Shown here one piece after another: positions 37,771 to 48,543 of a DNA stretch of 64,000 bases. Numbering within the stretch: the first letter of the stretch is position 1; the number at the start of each line of letters is the position of its first letter. Below the pieces are notes generated by a model. It was not told where the DNA came from and ran no database searches. It worked only from the letters and a program-made list of their open reading frames with translations. This stretch comes from a virus: the IMG/VR virus record IMGVR_UViG_3300048580_000375, positions 3,304-67,303 of that record; one strand, written 5' to 3'. The position numbers and the translations under genes were made by a program.

Positions 37771-38484
37771 TTGAGTATCACATATTTTGGTGAAAATGAA
37801 GAATACGGAATGTTATTATTTTTAAGTGCTAAGACACAGTATGAAAGAACTGTTATATTTAACGAACACTTAAAATATGCCTTCACTAAGTTAGTTGAAA
37901 GTATAATTAGAACCTATGGTTTATTTGATAAAGATGAAGATTTTGAGGAACAATTTAATGATTCTTTATCCTTTATTATGACAAAGATTGAAAATTTTAA
38001 ACCGGGTAAGATTGGTAAATCAGGAAAACCTGTTAAAGCTTATTCATATTTTGGGACGATAACTAAAAGATATTTAATATCAAAACTTAAAGATAAGTAT
38101 GAAGAAAAATTAAAATCCACTTCATATGAAGATATATCGCAAGAATTAAATGATGATGAAAGGTTTTCATATCATATTGACGAAGAAAAAAATATTCACA
38201 ATAAAGAATTTTTCTACGGTTTAGGTGAGTCTATTAAAAAACAAATAGAAACCACCAATATGAAACAAAATGACATTATTATAGGTAAAACAATTATTGA
38301 ATTATTAGATAGATGGGATACTATATTTGATGATAAAGGGAATCATAAGGGTAGTGTTAAATATAATAAAAACTTAATATTATTATATCTTAGAGAAATA
38401 ACAGGATTACAGCCAAAAGATATACGAAAATCACTTAAACACTTCAAAAAAGCGTATTTTATTTACAAAAAATCTTCTTTCTAA
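37771..38484 (+). CDS. Phage late sigma factor (gp55-like)
   Basis: YF..F.KLVESII...F.PGK..KAYSYFGTITKRYL region-2 motif; TTG start. Confidence 0.8.
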   Translation: MSITYFGENEEYGMLLFLSAKTQYERTVIFNEHLKYAFTKLVESIIRTYGLFDKDEDFEEQFNDSLSFIMTKIENFKPGKIGKSGKPVKAYSYFGTITKRYLISKLKDKYEEKLKSTSYEDISQELNDDERFSYHIDEEKNIHNKEFFYGLGESIKKQIETTNMKQNDIIIGKTIIELLDRWDTIFDDKGNHKGSVKYNKNLILLYLREITGLQPKDIRKSLKHFKKAYFIYKKSSF

Positions 38485-39068
38485 TAGAAATAACTATCGT
38501 CATCCCCAACCCATTTAGAATTATGCTCAACATTTGGAATCCAAACATCAACTTTCCAAGTAAGAGTTTCTCCTGTTGATAGACAAAAATTAGTATCATG
38601 CCATTCAACAACCCTATTATTTGGCATCGCCAATAAATAACCATCATCGGCGAATATTATATGAGCACACTTATAGTCGGTTGGTTCATCTGAATATGGG
38701 TTATCATACCAATCAATCGTAAATTGATATCTACCCCATACTTCTTTTTTTGATTTTAATAAAACTTTACATCTTCTATCCTTCAAATACTGATAAGACA
38801 CTATATTTGATTTCTCAGAAAAACAATTCCATAATTGCTTATGGTGATAAGGGATATCGTTTATTGGTTCTTTATGAAATATTTCAGATAATGGGACTCT
38901 AGATCTTAAAGCACCATAATCAGTCATAATATGAAAAGTTATTATTTTATCTGAATATGACTGTAATCCAAACACATAACAATTATCAAACTTATCGAAG
39001 TCCTTATCGTTTTTAGTTAGCCAAGAACGTCTAACTAACGCTTTAAAAGAAGGTATGTCGTAATTCAT
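38481..39068 (-). CDS. Conserved-type phage hypothetical protein
   Basis: QLWNCFS, GRYQFTIDW and MPNNR motifs. Confidence 0.75.
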   Translation of the reverse strand: MNYDIPSFKALVRRSWLTKNDKDFDKFDNCYVFGLQSYSDKIITFHIMTDYGALRSRVPLSEIFHKEPINDIPYHHKQLWNCFSEKSNIVSYQYLKDRRCKVLLKSKKEVWGRYQFTIDWYDNPYSDEPTDYKCAHIIFADDGYLLAMPNNRVVEWHDTNFCLSTGETLTWKVDVWIPNVEHNSKWVGDDDSYFY

Positions 39069-39069
39069 A

Positions 39070-39438
39070 CTAATTTGATTTTACAAAACTATCCAAAATA
39101 TTAATATATAATTTTTCTCTTATCGGAACTATTAATTTAGTTCCATCATCTGAAAAAGTTATATCAAATTGAGCTTCATATCTACCTTCTCTTTTAGTAT
39201 CATTAGCAGTCCATTTATAAATTATATAATACTCTGTTGTTTGATTTATATTCGCTAAAATAATATTAGCTTCTTTATTGGCGACAATTAATTTATTAGT
39301 ATTTACATCACGCATTGAAAATGTTATTGATGCGTATTCTAATTTATCGTTTAATTTATGATAATCAAACCTACCGTCTTTAATTAAAGCTAAAGTAAGA
39401 ATTGGTAATGTGCTATTTTTTGTTATAAAGAAATCCAT
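39070..39438 (-). CDS. BppU N-terminal-like Ig-fold structural protein
   Basis: FFITKNSTLP...YKWTANDT..GRYEAQF...VP. Confidence 0.7.
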   Translation of the reverse strand: MDFFITKNSTLPILTLALIKDGRFDYHKLNDKLEYASITFSMRDVNTNKLIVANKEANIILANINQTTEYYIIYKWTANDTKREGRYEAQFDITFSDDGTKLIVPIREKLYINILDSFVKSN

Positions 39439-39452
39439 ATATATAAATATTA

Positions 39453-42400
39453 TTAAACTATTTTTAAAAAGCCATTAACGTCTTTATATATAGTTCCTGT
39501 AGATAAAGATAAAATTTGTGTATAATCAGGAATATATTGAATAATTAAATTACTCGGACATAATCCGTTACTTAATGTTAAATTATTTACAAAAGTCGTA
39601 CAACTACAATTTGATATAATATTAGAACCGATAATAAAACTTTGTGTATGTGATTGACAAATATTGTTATTATTTCCACCTAATATACCAGAAAAAGAAC
39701 CGTTTATTAAATTATTGGATCCACCACCAATTATACTATAGCAACCTAAATTTATTTTATTATTATAACCACCACTAATTGTTGATGCAATTTGACATGC
39801 TGTGTTACAAAAACCACCACCTATTGTTGATCTATTACCATCCGCTGTGTTACGAAAACCACCACTAATTGTTGCTGAATTATTTCTTGATAAATTACAA
39901 TAACCTCCAGATACTGTTGAATAAACTCCAGAAACTAAATTACAAAAATCTTTTCTATATGTCGACCCTGCATCTACTCCAGCAATAACTACTGATTGGT
40001 CAATACTTTTCCAAGAAATACCTGATGAGTTAGTAGTTAATACTTGACCTGTTGTTCCTGTACTTCCTGAGGCGTAAATATAACCATTAATATCCAAATT
40101 TTGGGTAAATGTGGTGTTATTTTTATTTGTTATTATATTGGAACCTAACACAAATGAATTATTATGTGTTGATGTATTATTATATCCACCAAGTATAGAC
40201 GAGTTATCACCGGTTATATGATTACCACTACCACCTAAAATATTTGAAAAATTACCGTTAATACTATTAAATCTACCACCGCTAATTGTTGCCGCCCCAT
40301 AAACACTGGATGTTGTATTACAATAACCACCACTAATTGTTGAGTATTGACCTGAAATTGTATTAAATTTACCACCTCCAATAGATGACCAATGATCTAA
40401 AATCGTATTACTTTCCCCTCCATTTATTACTGAACACCCTTGATAATAATAAGTTAAACTTATATTTGTAGGTGTTTTAATTAAATTATTAAAACCTCCA
40501 CCAATAAAATTAGTTGACCCTGAAATTGTGTTATATAAACCTCCACCAATTATTGAGTTTTGTCCGTATAATCTATTAGAATCCCCACCAACAATTGATG
40601 AAAACCCACCTGTTAGTTTATTAAGTGATCCACCCCCAATAGTATTATAACAATTAAAATTATCTATACAAGAAGTATCGTTTGTTCCTTGTATTGTATT
40701 TAAATAACCACCACCTATTGTTGAATATTCACCTGAGTTATTTATAAAATTACTAACACCGTTTATTATTGTAGAATAATCACCAAATACTACATTATTA
40801 GTACCACCAACAACTATTTCTGATTTATCAGGTGTATTACCGGCTATATTATTTATCCCACCACCTATAAATGAATAGTTACCACATGCGGTATTACCAC
40901 TACCAGATCCAATAAATGCGTAATCACCGTAAACCATATTTGATATACCACCGGTGTTACCCCACTTAACCCCTGTTCGTGTTGAAGTCAATACTTGTCC
41001 GGTGGATCCTGAATTATTAAAACTATCAAATAAATATTTTTGTATATCTAAACAATTAACATATGTTGTGTTTGTTCTATCTGAACTTAAACCATTACCT
41101 ATTATAAATGAATTGTCGTGTGTTAATAAATTTGTATTACCACCTAAAATACCACTACAATTTGAAGTTGATTTATTATATACCCCACCTAAAATCACCG
41201 AATCTCTACCTGATACGGTATTATACCAACCACCACCAATAACACCACCTGGTTTTAATATTGTATTGTTGTGACCACCACCAATATATGAGTTAAAATC
41301 TGATGCGATATTAAGGGAACCACCACCTATTGTTGATAAACAACCCGATATTGTGTTTTGACAACCACCACCTATTGTTGAATAACACCCTAAAATTTTA
41401 TTTATATACCCGCCATTAATGACACCATAATCACCCGATATTGTATTATAATATCCACTACCAATATATGAAAATGGTTTTGTTATTATATTAAACCAAC
41501 CACCGGATATTGTTGAACAATTTGCACTTATCGTATTTTTACAACCACCACCTATTGTTGATACGTTAGATAATATTGTATTTGATTCACCTCCTGATAT
41601 AACACCACCACGACCATTTGAAGTATTTGTTTGACCACCACTTATAGTTGAATATATTCCGGATGCGATATTATTTTGTTGTATTCTATTTGTTGTTCCA
41701 ACCACATTTAAATATTCTTGTATAATACCACTACCGGTTAAAGTAATTATTGTTTGATTACTCCCACTAATATTTACCCATTTAACACCTGTTGGTGTTG
41801 ATGAAAGTATTTGTCCTGTCGCTCCTTGACAATTAAAACTATCGAATAAATGGGTTTGGATGTCTAAACAATTAACATAAGTTGTATTTGTTTTATCAGA
41901 AGTTATGTTAGAACCTAAAATAAAAGTATTTGTTTTATTGGTGTAATTATTTTCCCCACCCAATATTCCAGAATTTGAACTAAGTATGGTATTACAATTA
42001 CCACCACCAATTAAAGATTGATTATTTAAAACTAAATTATTAACACCACCATTAATTACTGAATCATCCCCACTTATTGAGTTATTAGAACCACCACCAA
42101 TAAATGAATAATTACCCGATGAAGTATTTTGAATCCCGCCGGTAATTGTGGAATAACAACCTAAATTATAGTTAATAAATCCACCTAATACTGATGAATA
42201 TACCCCTGAAACTAAATTATCGTTATCAACTCTAACACTCGACCCTAATGTTGTACCTGAACTATATAAGTTAGCTGATATTATGATATTAGTATTGTTA
42301 TTTGATGTTGACGCACTAACCCATTTTATACCTGTTGAAGTCGTAGATAAAACGTATCCGGTTAAACCTGTTGAATTGTTAACATCATATATGTGGTTTT

Positions 42401-45080
42401 TTACATCTAAATTATTAACAAATGTAGTATTTGATTTATCAGAAGTAATATTAGAACCAACTATAAATGAATTTGTATGGTTTAAAATTTTATTATTTTC
42501 CCCACCTATTATTGATGAGCTATCACCACTAATACTATTATTTATACCACCACCTATTACTGAAAAAGAACCTAAATTAGATATGTCATTTAAATATCCG
42601 CCACCAATAACTGAACAACACCCATTTGATGTATTATATTTACCACCGGAAATAACACTATCTTTACCGTTAGATGTGTTATGAATACCACCACCTATTA
42701 CTGAACCTGTGTTTAATGTTGTATTTCTTTCACCGCCACCAATAAATGATTTGTAATTACTAACGGTATTATTCCAACCACCACCTATTACACCCCATGA
42801 AGCAATTTGTATCCTGTTACAAAGACCACCAGCTATAGATCCATAATTAGCTGAATTTGTATTACATAATCCACCACCAATAAATGATTGACTACCTGAT
42901 GAGCTATTTAAAAAACCACCACCAACAAATGAATGATTACCCGAAGCGTTATTACTATAACCACCAACAACAACTGAAAAATCACCAAACGCTGAATTAT
43001 TTTGACCACCACCAACAAATTCACCTAGATTAGGGGTACAGCCGGCAATATTATTTAAACCACCGACAACAACTGAATAGTTACCACAAGCGGTATTACC
43101 ACTACCAGATCCAATAAATCCGTAATTACCGATTAAATTATTATTATTACCAACTCCAACGATATTTGAAATCGATGTCCATGTAATACCACTATTTGTC
43201 GAAGTTAAAACGTAATTGGTGTTACCGGTACTCCCATCAAAATCTTTTATTGATTTAGCTGTTAGTTGATTTAATTTTAAATTACTGTAATTTATTATGT
43301 TTATTGTTGATGACGTATAAACACTATTAGTATAACCTAATTTGAATTCTTCATCGACTTCACTCCAAATAAAAGCAGTATCTTCAGTTATACCTCTATC
43401 AATTAAAAAACCGGCATCTTTAGTTGGTATTGTTGTACCTGATGATAAAACAAGTATTGGGTTTGATATGATTAAAGATGATGTATTAATAGTTGTTGCC
43501 GTTCCTGAATATAATAAATTACCATTTATAATTAAATTACCATAAATAGTACCCCCACTTATACTTAATTTTTTATTTAGAAGTTGTGATGATGACCCAA
43601 GAGGGGTGTCGATATTTACCCAATTAATTAAGCCATTTGATTTATTAATACTTAAAATTTGATTTTCAGAGCCGGGACTATTATTACCATCATATAAGTA
43701 ACCTCGAATATTAGTGTTATTAATAAAAACAGTATCATTTCTATTCGCATCACCTGCGTTACCTAAAATAACGACATTACTACAACCACTATCACTATTA
43801 TTATAACCTAAAATATATGAATTAACCCCTGTTGAAGTGTTGTTACAACCTAAAACAATTGAACCCTCACCAGATACTACATTATTATAACCACCAACCA
43901 CAGAGTAGGAACCTAATGCTGAGTTATTACAACCACCAATAACGGAAGATCCGCAATTGGATGTGGTATTACAATTACCACCACCAATTATTGAGTAATT
44001 ACCGTTATTGTAATTATTCGATCCTGCGAAAATACCTGAGTAATTACCATCGGTGATTGTATTATTGGTTCCACCACCAATTATTGAACAAACACCTTTA
44101 TTTTGATCGTCAACATTACCACCTATAAAATTATATTCACCACCGCCAATTAATGATATATTGCCAAAAACAGTGTTATAATTACCACCACCTATAAATG
44201 ATCCTTTATTTATTCCTAATGTATTATATTTACCACCCGAAATGACTTGAAATGAGTCAACACCCCTACCAAGTATCGTATTAAACGCTCCTCCCCCAAT
44301 TGATGAATAAGAACCGGATAATGTGTTATTTAATCCACCATTAATTAATGACAAACAACTTTCACCTTCCGATATTGAATTTTGCTGACCTGAGCCAATA
44401 AAACCCCAATTACCATCTAATAAATTAGATTGACCACCTACAAGAACATTATAGTTATCAATAGTTATAGTGTTATTATCCCCACCACCTATAAATGAAG
44501 AACCTTGAATACCTAATAATCCAGGTCCGCCACCACCTATAATTACGTTACTATTACCGCCTGAATTACCCCAACAAAAACCATCTGATGTAGCGACTAT
44601 AAATTGACCTGTTAAACCTGGTGATCCTACATTATCGTATATATAATCTTTAATGTTTATAGACTCTACAAATGAAGTATTTGTTGTTGTAGCGGTTAAA
44701 TTACTACCTAAAATAACGGAATTAGTTTTATCCGTGTAGTTATTAACGCCACCAATAATAGTAGAACAATTACCAATCGCCGAATTATTAGACCCATTTC
44801 TTACGGTTGAATAACTACCAGTTCCTTGTGTTATGGTATTACCTGTATAATTTGAGAAAAAATTAATATCTATTTTTTCATCTAATATGTTTTTAGTATC
44901 AGATGTATATTGATAAAATGTATCATTTTGAACAACCGGTATAGAATCAACAAAATCATTTATTATGATTTTATTTGATGTATTACTTGATATACTATAT
45001 AGTAATAATAAATCTTCAGACGGTTTTACTTGCCCGCTGTTTATACCTGTTAAATCTTTTAATATTCTTCCTTGTGCCAT
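39453..45080 (-). CDS. Gly-rich repeat fibre/adhesin (beta-roll, S-x-I-G-G-G-x-x-N repeats)
   Basis: 1875 aa; dozens of roughly 15-aa repeats in blocks separated by G.TGQVL.ST..G..W linkers. Confidence 0.8.
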   Translation of the reverse strand: MAQGRILKDLTGINSGQVKPSEDLLLLYSISSNTSNKIIINDFVDSIPVVQNDTFYQYTSDTKNILDEKIDINFFSNYTGNTITQGTGSYSTVRNGSNNSAIGNCSTIIGGVNNYTDKTNSVILGSNLTATTTNTSFVESINIKDYIYDNVGSPGLTGQFIVATSDGFCWGNSGGNSNVIIGGGGPGLLGIQGSSFIGGGDNNTITIDNYNVLVGGQSNLLDGNWGFIGSGQQNSISEGESCLSLINGGLNNTLSGSYSSIGGGAFNTILGRGVDSFQVISGGKYNTLGINKGSFIGGGNYNTVFGNISLIGGGEYNFIGGNVDDQNKGVCSIIGGGTNNTITDGNYSGIFAGSNNYNNGNYSIIGGGNCNTTSNCGSSVIGGCNNSALGSYSVVGGYNNVVSGEGSIVLGCNNTSTGVNSYILGYNNSDSGCSNVVILGNAGDANRNDTVFINNTNIRGYLYDGNNSPGSENQILSINKSNGLINWVNIDTPLGSSSQLLNKKLSISGGTIYGNLIINGNLLYSGTATTINTSSLIISNPILVLSSGTTIPTKDAGFLIDRGITEDTAFIWSEVDEEFKLGYTNSVYTSSTINIINYSNLKLNQLTAKSIKDFDGSTGNTNYVLTSTNSGITWTSISNIVGVGNNNNLIGNYGFIGSGSGNTACGNYSVVVGGLNNIAGCTPNLGEFVGGGQNNSAFGDFSVVVGGYSNNASGNHSFVGGGFLNSSSGSQSFIGGGLCNTNSANYGSIAGGLCNRIQIASWGVIGGGWNNTVSNYKSFIGGGERNTTLNTGSVIGGGIHNTSNGKDSVISGGKYNTSNGCCSVIGGGYLNDISNLGSFSVIGGGINNSISGDSSSIIGGENNKILNHTNSFIVGSNITSDKSNTTFVNNLDVKNHIYDVNNSTGLTGYVLSTTSTGIKWVSASTSNNNTNIIISANLYSSGTTLGSSVRVDNDNLVSGVYSSVLGGFINYNLGCYSTITGGIQNTSSGNYSFIGGGSNNSISGDDSVINGGVNNLVLNNQSLIGGGNCNTILSSNSGILGGENNYTNKTNTFILGSNITSDKTNTTYVNCLDIQTHLFDSFNCQGATGQILSSTPTGVKWVNISGSNQTIITLTGSGIIQEYLNVVGTTNRIQQNNIASGIYSTISGGQTNTSNGRGGVISGGESNTILSNVSTIGGGCKNTISANCSTISGGWFNIITKPFSYIGSGYYNTISGDYGVINGGYINKILGCYSTIGGGCQNTISGCLSTIGGGSLNIASDFNSYIGGGHNNTILKPGGVIGGGWYNTVSGRDSVILGGVYNKSTSNCSGILGGNTNLLTHDNSFIIGNGLSSDRTNTTYVNCLDIQKYLFDSFNNSGSTGQVLTSTRTGVKWGNTGGISNMVYGDYAFIGSGSGNTACGNYSFIGGGINNIAGNTPDKSEIVVGGTNNVVFGDYSTIINGVSNFINNSGEYSTIGGGYLNTIQGTNDTSCIDNFNCYNTIGGGSLNKLTGGFSSIVGGDSNRLYGQNSIIGGGLYNTISGSTNFIGGGFNNLIKTPTNISLTYYYQGCSVINGGESNTILDHWSSIGGGKFNTISGQYSTISGGYCNTTSSVYGAATISGGRFNSINGNFSNILGGSGNHITGDNSSILGGYNNTSTHNNSFVLGSNIITNKNNTTFTQNLDINGYIYASGSTGTTGQVLTTNSSGISWKSIDQSVVIAGVDAGSTYRKDFCNLVSGVYSTVSGGYCNLSRNNSATISGGFRNTADGNRSTIGGGFCNTACQIASTISGGYNNKINLGCYSIIGGGSNNLINGSFSGILGGNNNNICQSHTQSFIIGSNIISNCSCTTFVNNLTLSNGLCPSNLIIQYIPDYTQILSLSTGTIYKDVNGFLKIV

Positions 45081-45097
45081 GTTTATAAATAGTTGTT

Positions 45098-47032
45098 TTA
45101 TATGATTAAATATTCTTCTTCGTTAATATTTGTATTTGGATTATTTTCTTGTATATTTAGATTGTATCCGCTAAAATCATCAGTAATTAAGGGGTTATCG
45201 ATAATTTGAGATACACATGGTAATAATTCACAACCATATTCAGGTAAAACTATTTTCCTACCACCAAAATTACCTTTAAAATTATATCTACATTTATCAA
45301 TATTATAATTATGTCTTATTTCGCCAATATCTAATGGTTTTTCATACATTTTAAATGAACTAATACCACCTAAATATGTTCCAGCAAAATAATTTTGAAT
45401 GAGTAACTCACTATTTGTTCCACCTGTATATTTACCTAAAAATAAATCATATGGTGTAAAATCTTTATAGTTACTAGCATTCCACAATTCCATTACATCT
45501 TCCCAATTCATTTGAATATTATTCCAAATTAAAGGTGTTTCTTTTAAAAGTGAAACTTGACTTTGAAATAAACCTGAACTACCACCACCTAAACTTATTG
45601 TAAATGGAACTCCTTCTTGCTTTGAAGGATCTGTTGGTAATTCATAAGGTATAAACTCCGTAAAACCTGTTACAATCCAATAAGGTCTGCCATTCACATA
45701 TGTCTTTAATGTTCCATTCTTATATTTACCGTAATCTAACTCACAATCTGTTTGATATGGATAATCTCTTTCCCATTTAATAGTTAAATTTACCCAAGTT
45801 GATAATGTATTTGGATTACACTCACCACAAGTATAACCTGTAAACATAGGAATTGGTGCGTATTCTTCAACTATTTTCGGTTCAGTTATTTCGGTATATC
45901 CTGATGTAATAATAACTTCACCACATCTATTAGTTCCTGTGTAAGCGCTTATAATACAGTATGTATTCGTTGTTATTCTCCTATAACCTAATTTAAAATC
46001 AGGTGTCACCCTGAAACCTAATACGTTATCTGTTATTCCTGACCAAATTATCGGTGTGTAATCCCAATTATAATACTCATCACCGCAATTCCTACAACCA
46101 TTAGAACATGAACAAGTCCCATAACCGGGTATTAACATATTATTTTGAATTAAATTGTTTTCTTGAATTTCAATGTATGGATCTAACGAAATATCTGTTG
46201 ATGTTCTTAATTCTTGACTTGTTATTGTTGTTGGGTTTAAAGTTAAACCACTTAAAAAAGTATTAAATGCTAAACTTGTTATACCTGTAAATGAATCATA
46301 AAATTTATTTTCTTGCCTTACACCAAAATATAAGAAGAAGCCTGTATTACCGGTAAAAGTATCGTTTAATGTTAATCCGGTAAAATTAGTAAATAAGTTA
46401 GGATTATATTTAGTATTTAAATTTAATTGAACCGTCCATCCCTTATTAAATCTTTTTTGAATTAATTGATATGGGTATCCGTATAATTTATAAAAACCAT
46501 TAAAATAACCACCACCAAATTCTATATATTGCCCACTAGTATCATTCCATAATTGTAATGGGAAATCATAATTTGTTGTCCCATACGGAAATACTCTCCA
46601 CAATTTAAGATTAGTATTACCACTTACAAATGTTAAAGTTTCACCAGTAAAAGAAAGTGTTGTTGCCGTATATTCACCTAATACTTGATAATCTAAAGGG
46701 TTTTGTCCTATTATATAATTAGAACCGTCTGTTTGAGTTCCAACGTTAATCGATGTTAATCCAATATCATTTAAGGTAAAACCTGATGTGTATTGTTTAG
46801 ACGAGTACGTAGGGGTTTCTATATATTGAATAGCACCATCTATTATATGAATATTTGTGTCGGTTGAATCAAAATCAAAATTAAAAATTAAACCATTATT
46901 TATAATATCTGTTGAATATAAGTAATTTGGTATGTATTGATCGGGCGTTAATTCATAATCCCAATAATCCATAAATGGAAGAACTAGGTCTAAATTATTA
47001 AAATTAGTTTGTCTATTATAGTTATATCCCAT
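45098..47032 (-). CDS. LamG/concanavalin-like virion protein
   Basis: LKTYVNG; YLGGISSFKMYEKPL..EIRHNY. Confidence 0.7.
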   Translation of the reverse strand: MGYNYNRQTNFNNLDLVLPFMDYWDYELTPDQYIPNYLYSTDIINNGLIFNFDFDSTDTNIHIIDGAIQYIETPTYSSKQYTSGFTLNDIGLTSINVGTQTDGSNYIIGQNPLDYQVLGEYTATTLSFTGETLTFVSGNTNLKLWRVFPYGTTNYDFPLQLWNDTSGQYIEFGGGYFNGFYKLYGYPYQLIQKRFNKGWTVQLNLNTKYNPNLFTNFTGLTLNDTFTGNTGFFLYFGVRQENKFYDSFTGITSLAFNTFLSGLTLNPTTITSQELRTSTDISLDPYIEIQENNLIQNNMLIPGYGTCSCSNGCRNCGDEYYNWDYTPIIWSGITDNVLGFRVTPDFKLGYRRITTNTYCIISAYTGTNRCGEVIITSGYTEITEPKIVEEYAPIPMFTGYTCGECNPNTLSTWVNLTIKWERDYPYQTDCELDYGKYKNGTLKTYVNGRPYWIVTGFTEFIPYELPTDPSKQEGVPFTISLGGGSSGLFQSQVSLLKETPLIWNNIQMNWEDVMELWNASNYKDFTPYDLFLGKYTGGTNSELLIQNYFAGTYLGGISSFKMYEKPLDIGEIRHNYNIDKCRYNFKGNFGGRKIVLPEYGCELLPCVSQIIDNPLITDDFSGYNLNIQENNPNTNINEEEYLII

Positions 47033-48117
47033 TATATTAATAAATAAGGTGTTTGGAATGGTCTGTATTTTAATATCGTATTTAAATTTTCGGCTTCATT
47101 AGCCTTTCTTTCTAACATCTTAGGCTGACTAATTCGGTCTAAATAATCCTTTAATTCTGTTATTAGTAATTCTTTTTCTTCTTTAGCTGAACTAGCAAAC
47201 ATTTCATAATCCATTTTAATTTCAGCTCCGGGTGATCCTAAATTTCCACTAAATGTTCCTCTTACATATGCTAACGTTTCTTTACATAATGCAGTAAAAT
47301 ATCTTCTTACCCAATATTTAGCCGGTTCGTTTAAATCTGACCATTGTAATTTACTTAATGGAGTATCACTTGGTAATTTAATAATATCTTTATTTTGTTC
47401 AATACATCTTTGTCTTTCTGTATTTACATCGTAATACCAATACCAAACATAATGACCATCAATTCTTCCGGCATTAGCATCAAATCTACCACCAGGTGTT
47501 GGTAATAAATGTAAGTATTTTGTCCCTTTCGGACCTGCCGTTACTTTATATATTAACTCACTTCTAATAATTCTATTCTTTAAGTTTCTGTCTGCCGCTC
47601 TTAATAATATATCAAATGCTGGCATAACATATAACGCACCTAAACCAATATATTCCGCACCAAAATGAAAGTTCCACACACCTAAAAATGGATCAACAAC
47701 CGATTGATTTAAAGTTGGTGGGGTGATATACATAACTTCATTTATTTCCCTACCCGCCGGTATTTCGTATATTTGTTGATTTCTTTTTAATACAACATAA
47801 TCCTTTTTAATTTCCCAAGGTCCATTAGCTTGTAATCCAACTATTTTAGAATAGGCGTAAGTAAATGATGTTTCGTAATTTAAACTTCTGGTAGTTAACG
47901 CAAAAGTAATATCTGCAACATCTAAGTTTATACCTTCTAACGAACTCCATTGATTTTCAATCAACCAATTTTGTGTGTATTGGGCGTAATCTTCAATGGC
48001 TGTTTGTAATAAATCATCCATTTGTTCATCGGTAAGTTGTATTTTCCTGATGGGAGCACCTAAACGAGATTTAACTTGTTTATATAATGCTAACTTTTCC
48101 TCTAATGTTATTTCCAT
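47032..48117 (-). CDS. Neck / head-completion protein (T4 gp13-like)
   Basis: RLGAPIRKIQLTDEQ; WVRRYFTALCKETL..VRG.F. Confidence 0.8.
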   Translation of the reverse strand: MEITLEEKLALYKQVKSRLGAPIRKIQLTDEQMDDLLQTAIEDYAQYTQNWLIENQWSSLEGINLDVADITFALTTRSLNYETSFTYAYSKIVGLQANGPWEIKKDYVVLKRNQQIYEIPAGREINEVMYITPPTLNQSVVDPFLGVWNFHFGAEYIGLGALYVMPAFDILLRAADRNLKNRIIRSELIYKVTAGPKGTKYLHLLPTPGGRFDANAGRIDGHYVWYWYYDVNTERQRCIEQNKDIIKLPSDTPLSKLQWSDLNEPAKYWVRRYFTALCKETLAYVRGTFSGNLGSPGAEIKMDYEMFASSAKEEKELLITELKDYLDRISQPKMLERKANEAENLNTILKYRPFQTPYLLI

Positions 48118-48497
48118 TCTTGGTTGTTATATTTTAGTATTTTGGGTATAAATTTATTAAATATTTTAGGCGAATATTTTATCATAAAATCTAATTCTTC
48201 CTGAGCAATATCTTCAGATGGGAAAGTAACTGGTTTAACTTTTTCACCTTTATCGTTAAATTTTGATATAAAACAACAAGTCCCATCATAATATTGAGAT
48301 AAAAAATATTTTTTAGGTTTATATTTTTCATCTAAGTTAAATGTATCTTTAAATCTATTAACTACTTTCTTATAATCATTTAATTCATCTTTATTAATGA
48401 AAATAATATAATAGGTTTTTTCACCACCAAAAGTATGGGTTTTATGTAAATCACCAACTTCATTAATAACACCTTTACTAATAATTACTTTTTTCAT
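48108..48497 (-). CDS. Hypothetical protein
   Basis: ORF track. Confidence 0.65.
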   Translation of the reverse strand: MKKVIISKGVINEVGDLHKTHTFGGEKTYYIIFINKDELNDYKKVVNRFKDTFNLDEKYKPKKYFLSQYYDGTCCFISKFNDKGEKVKPVTFPSEDIAQEELDFMIKYSPKIFNKFIPKILKYNNQEWK

Positions 48498-48543
48498 AAT
48501 AATAAATATTTAACTTATCAATTTTATTTACTATATTTTATAT

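Noticed and set aside
39453-45080. Diversity-generating retroelement target in the fibre gene
   Set aside because: No reverse transcriptase and no template/variable repeat pair with adenine-specific mismatches was seen; the repeats are ordinary coding duplications.
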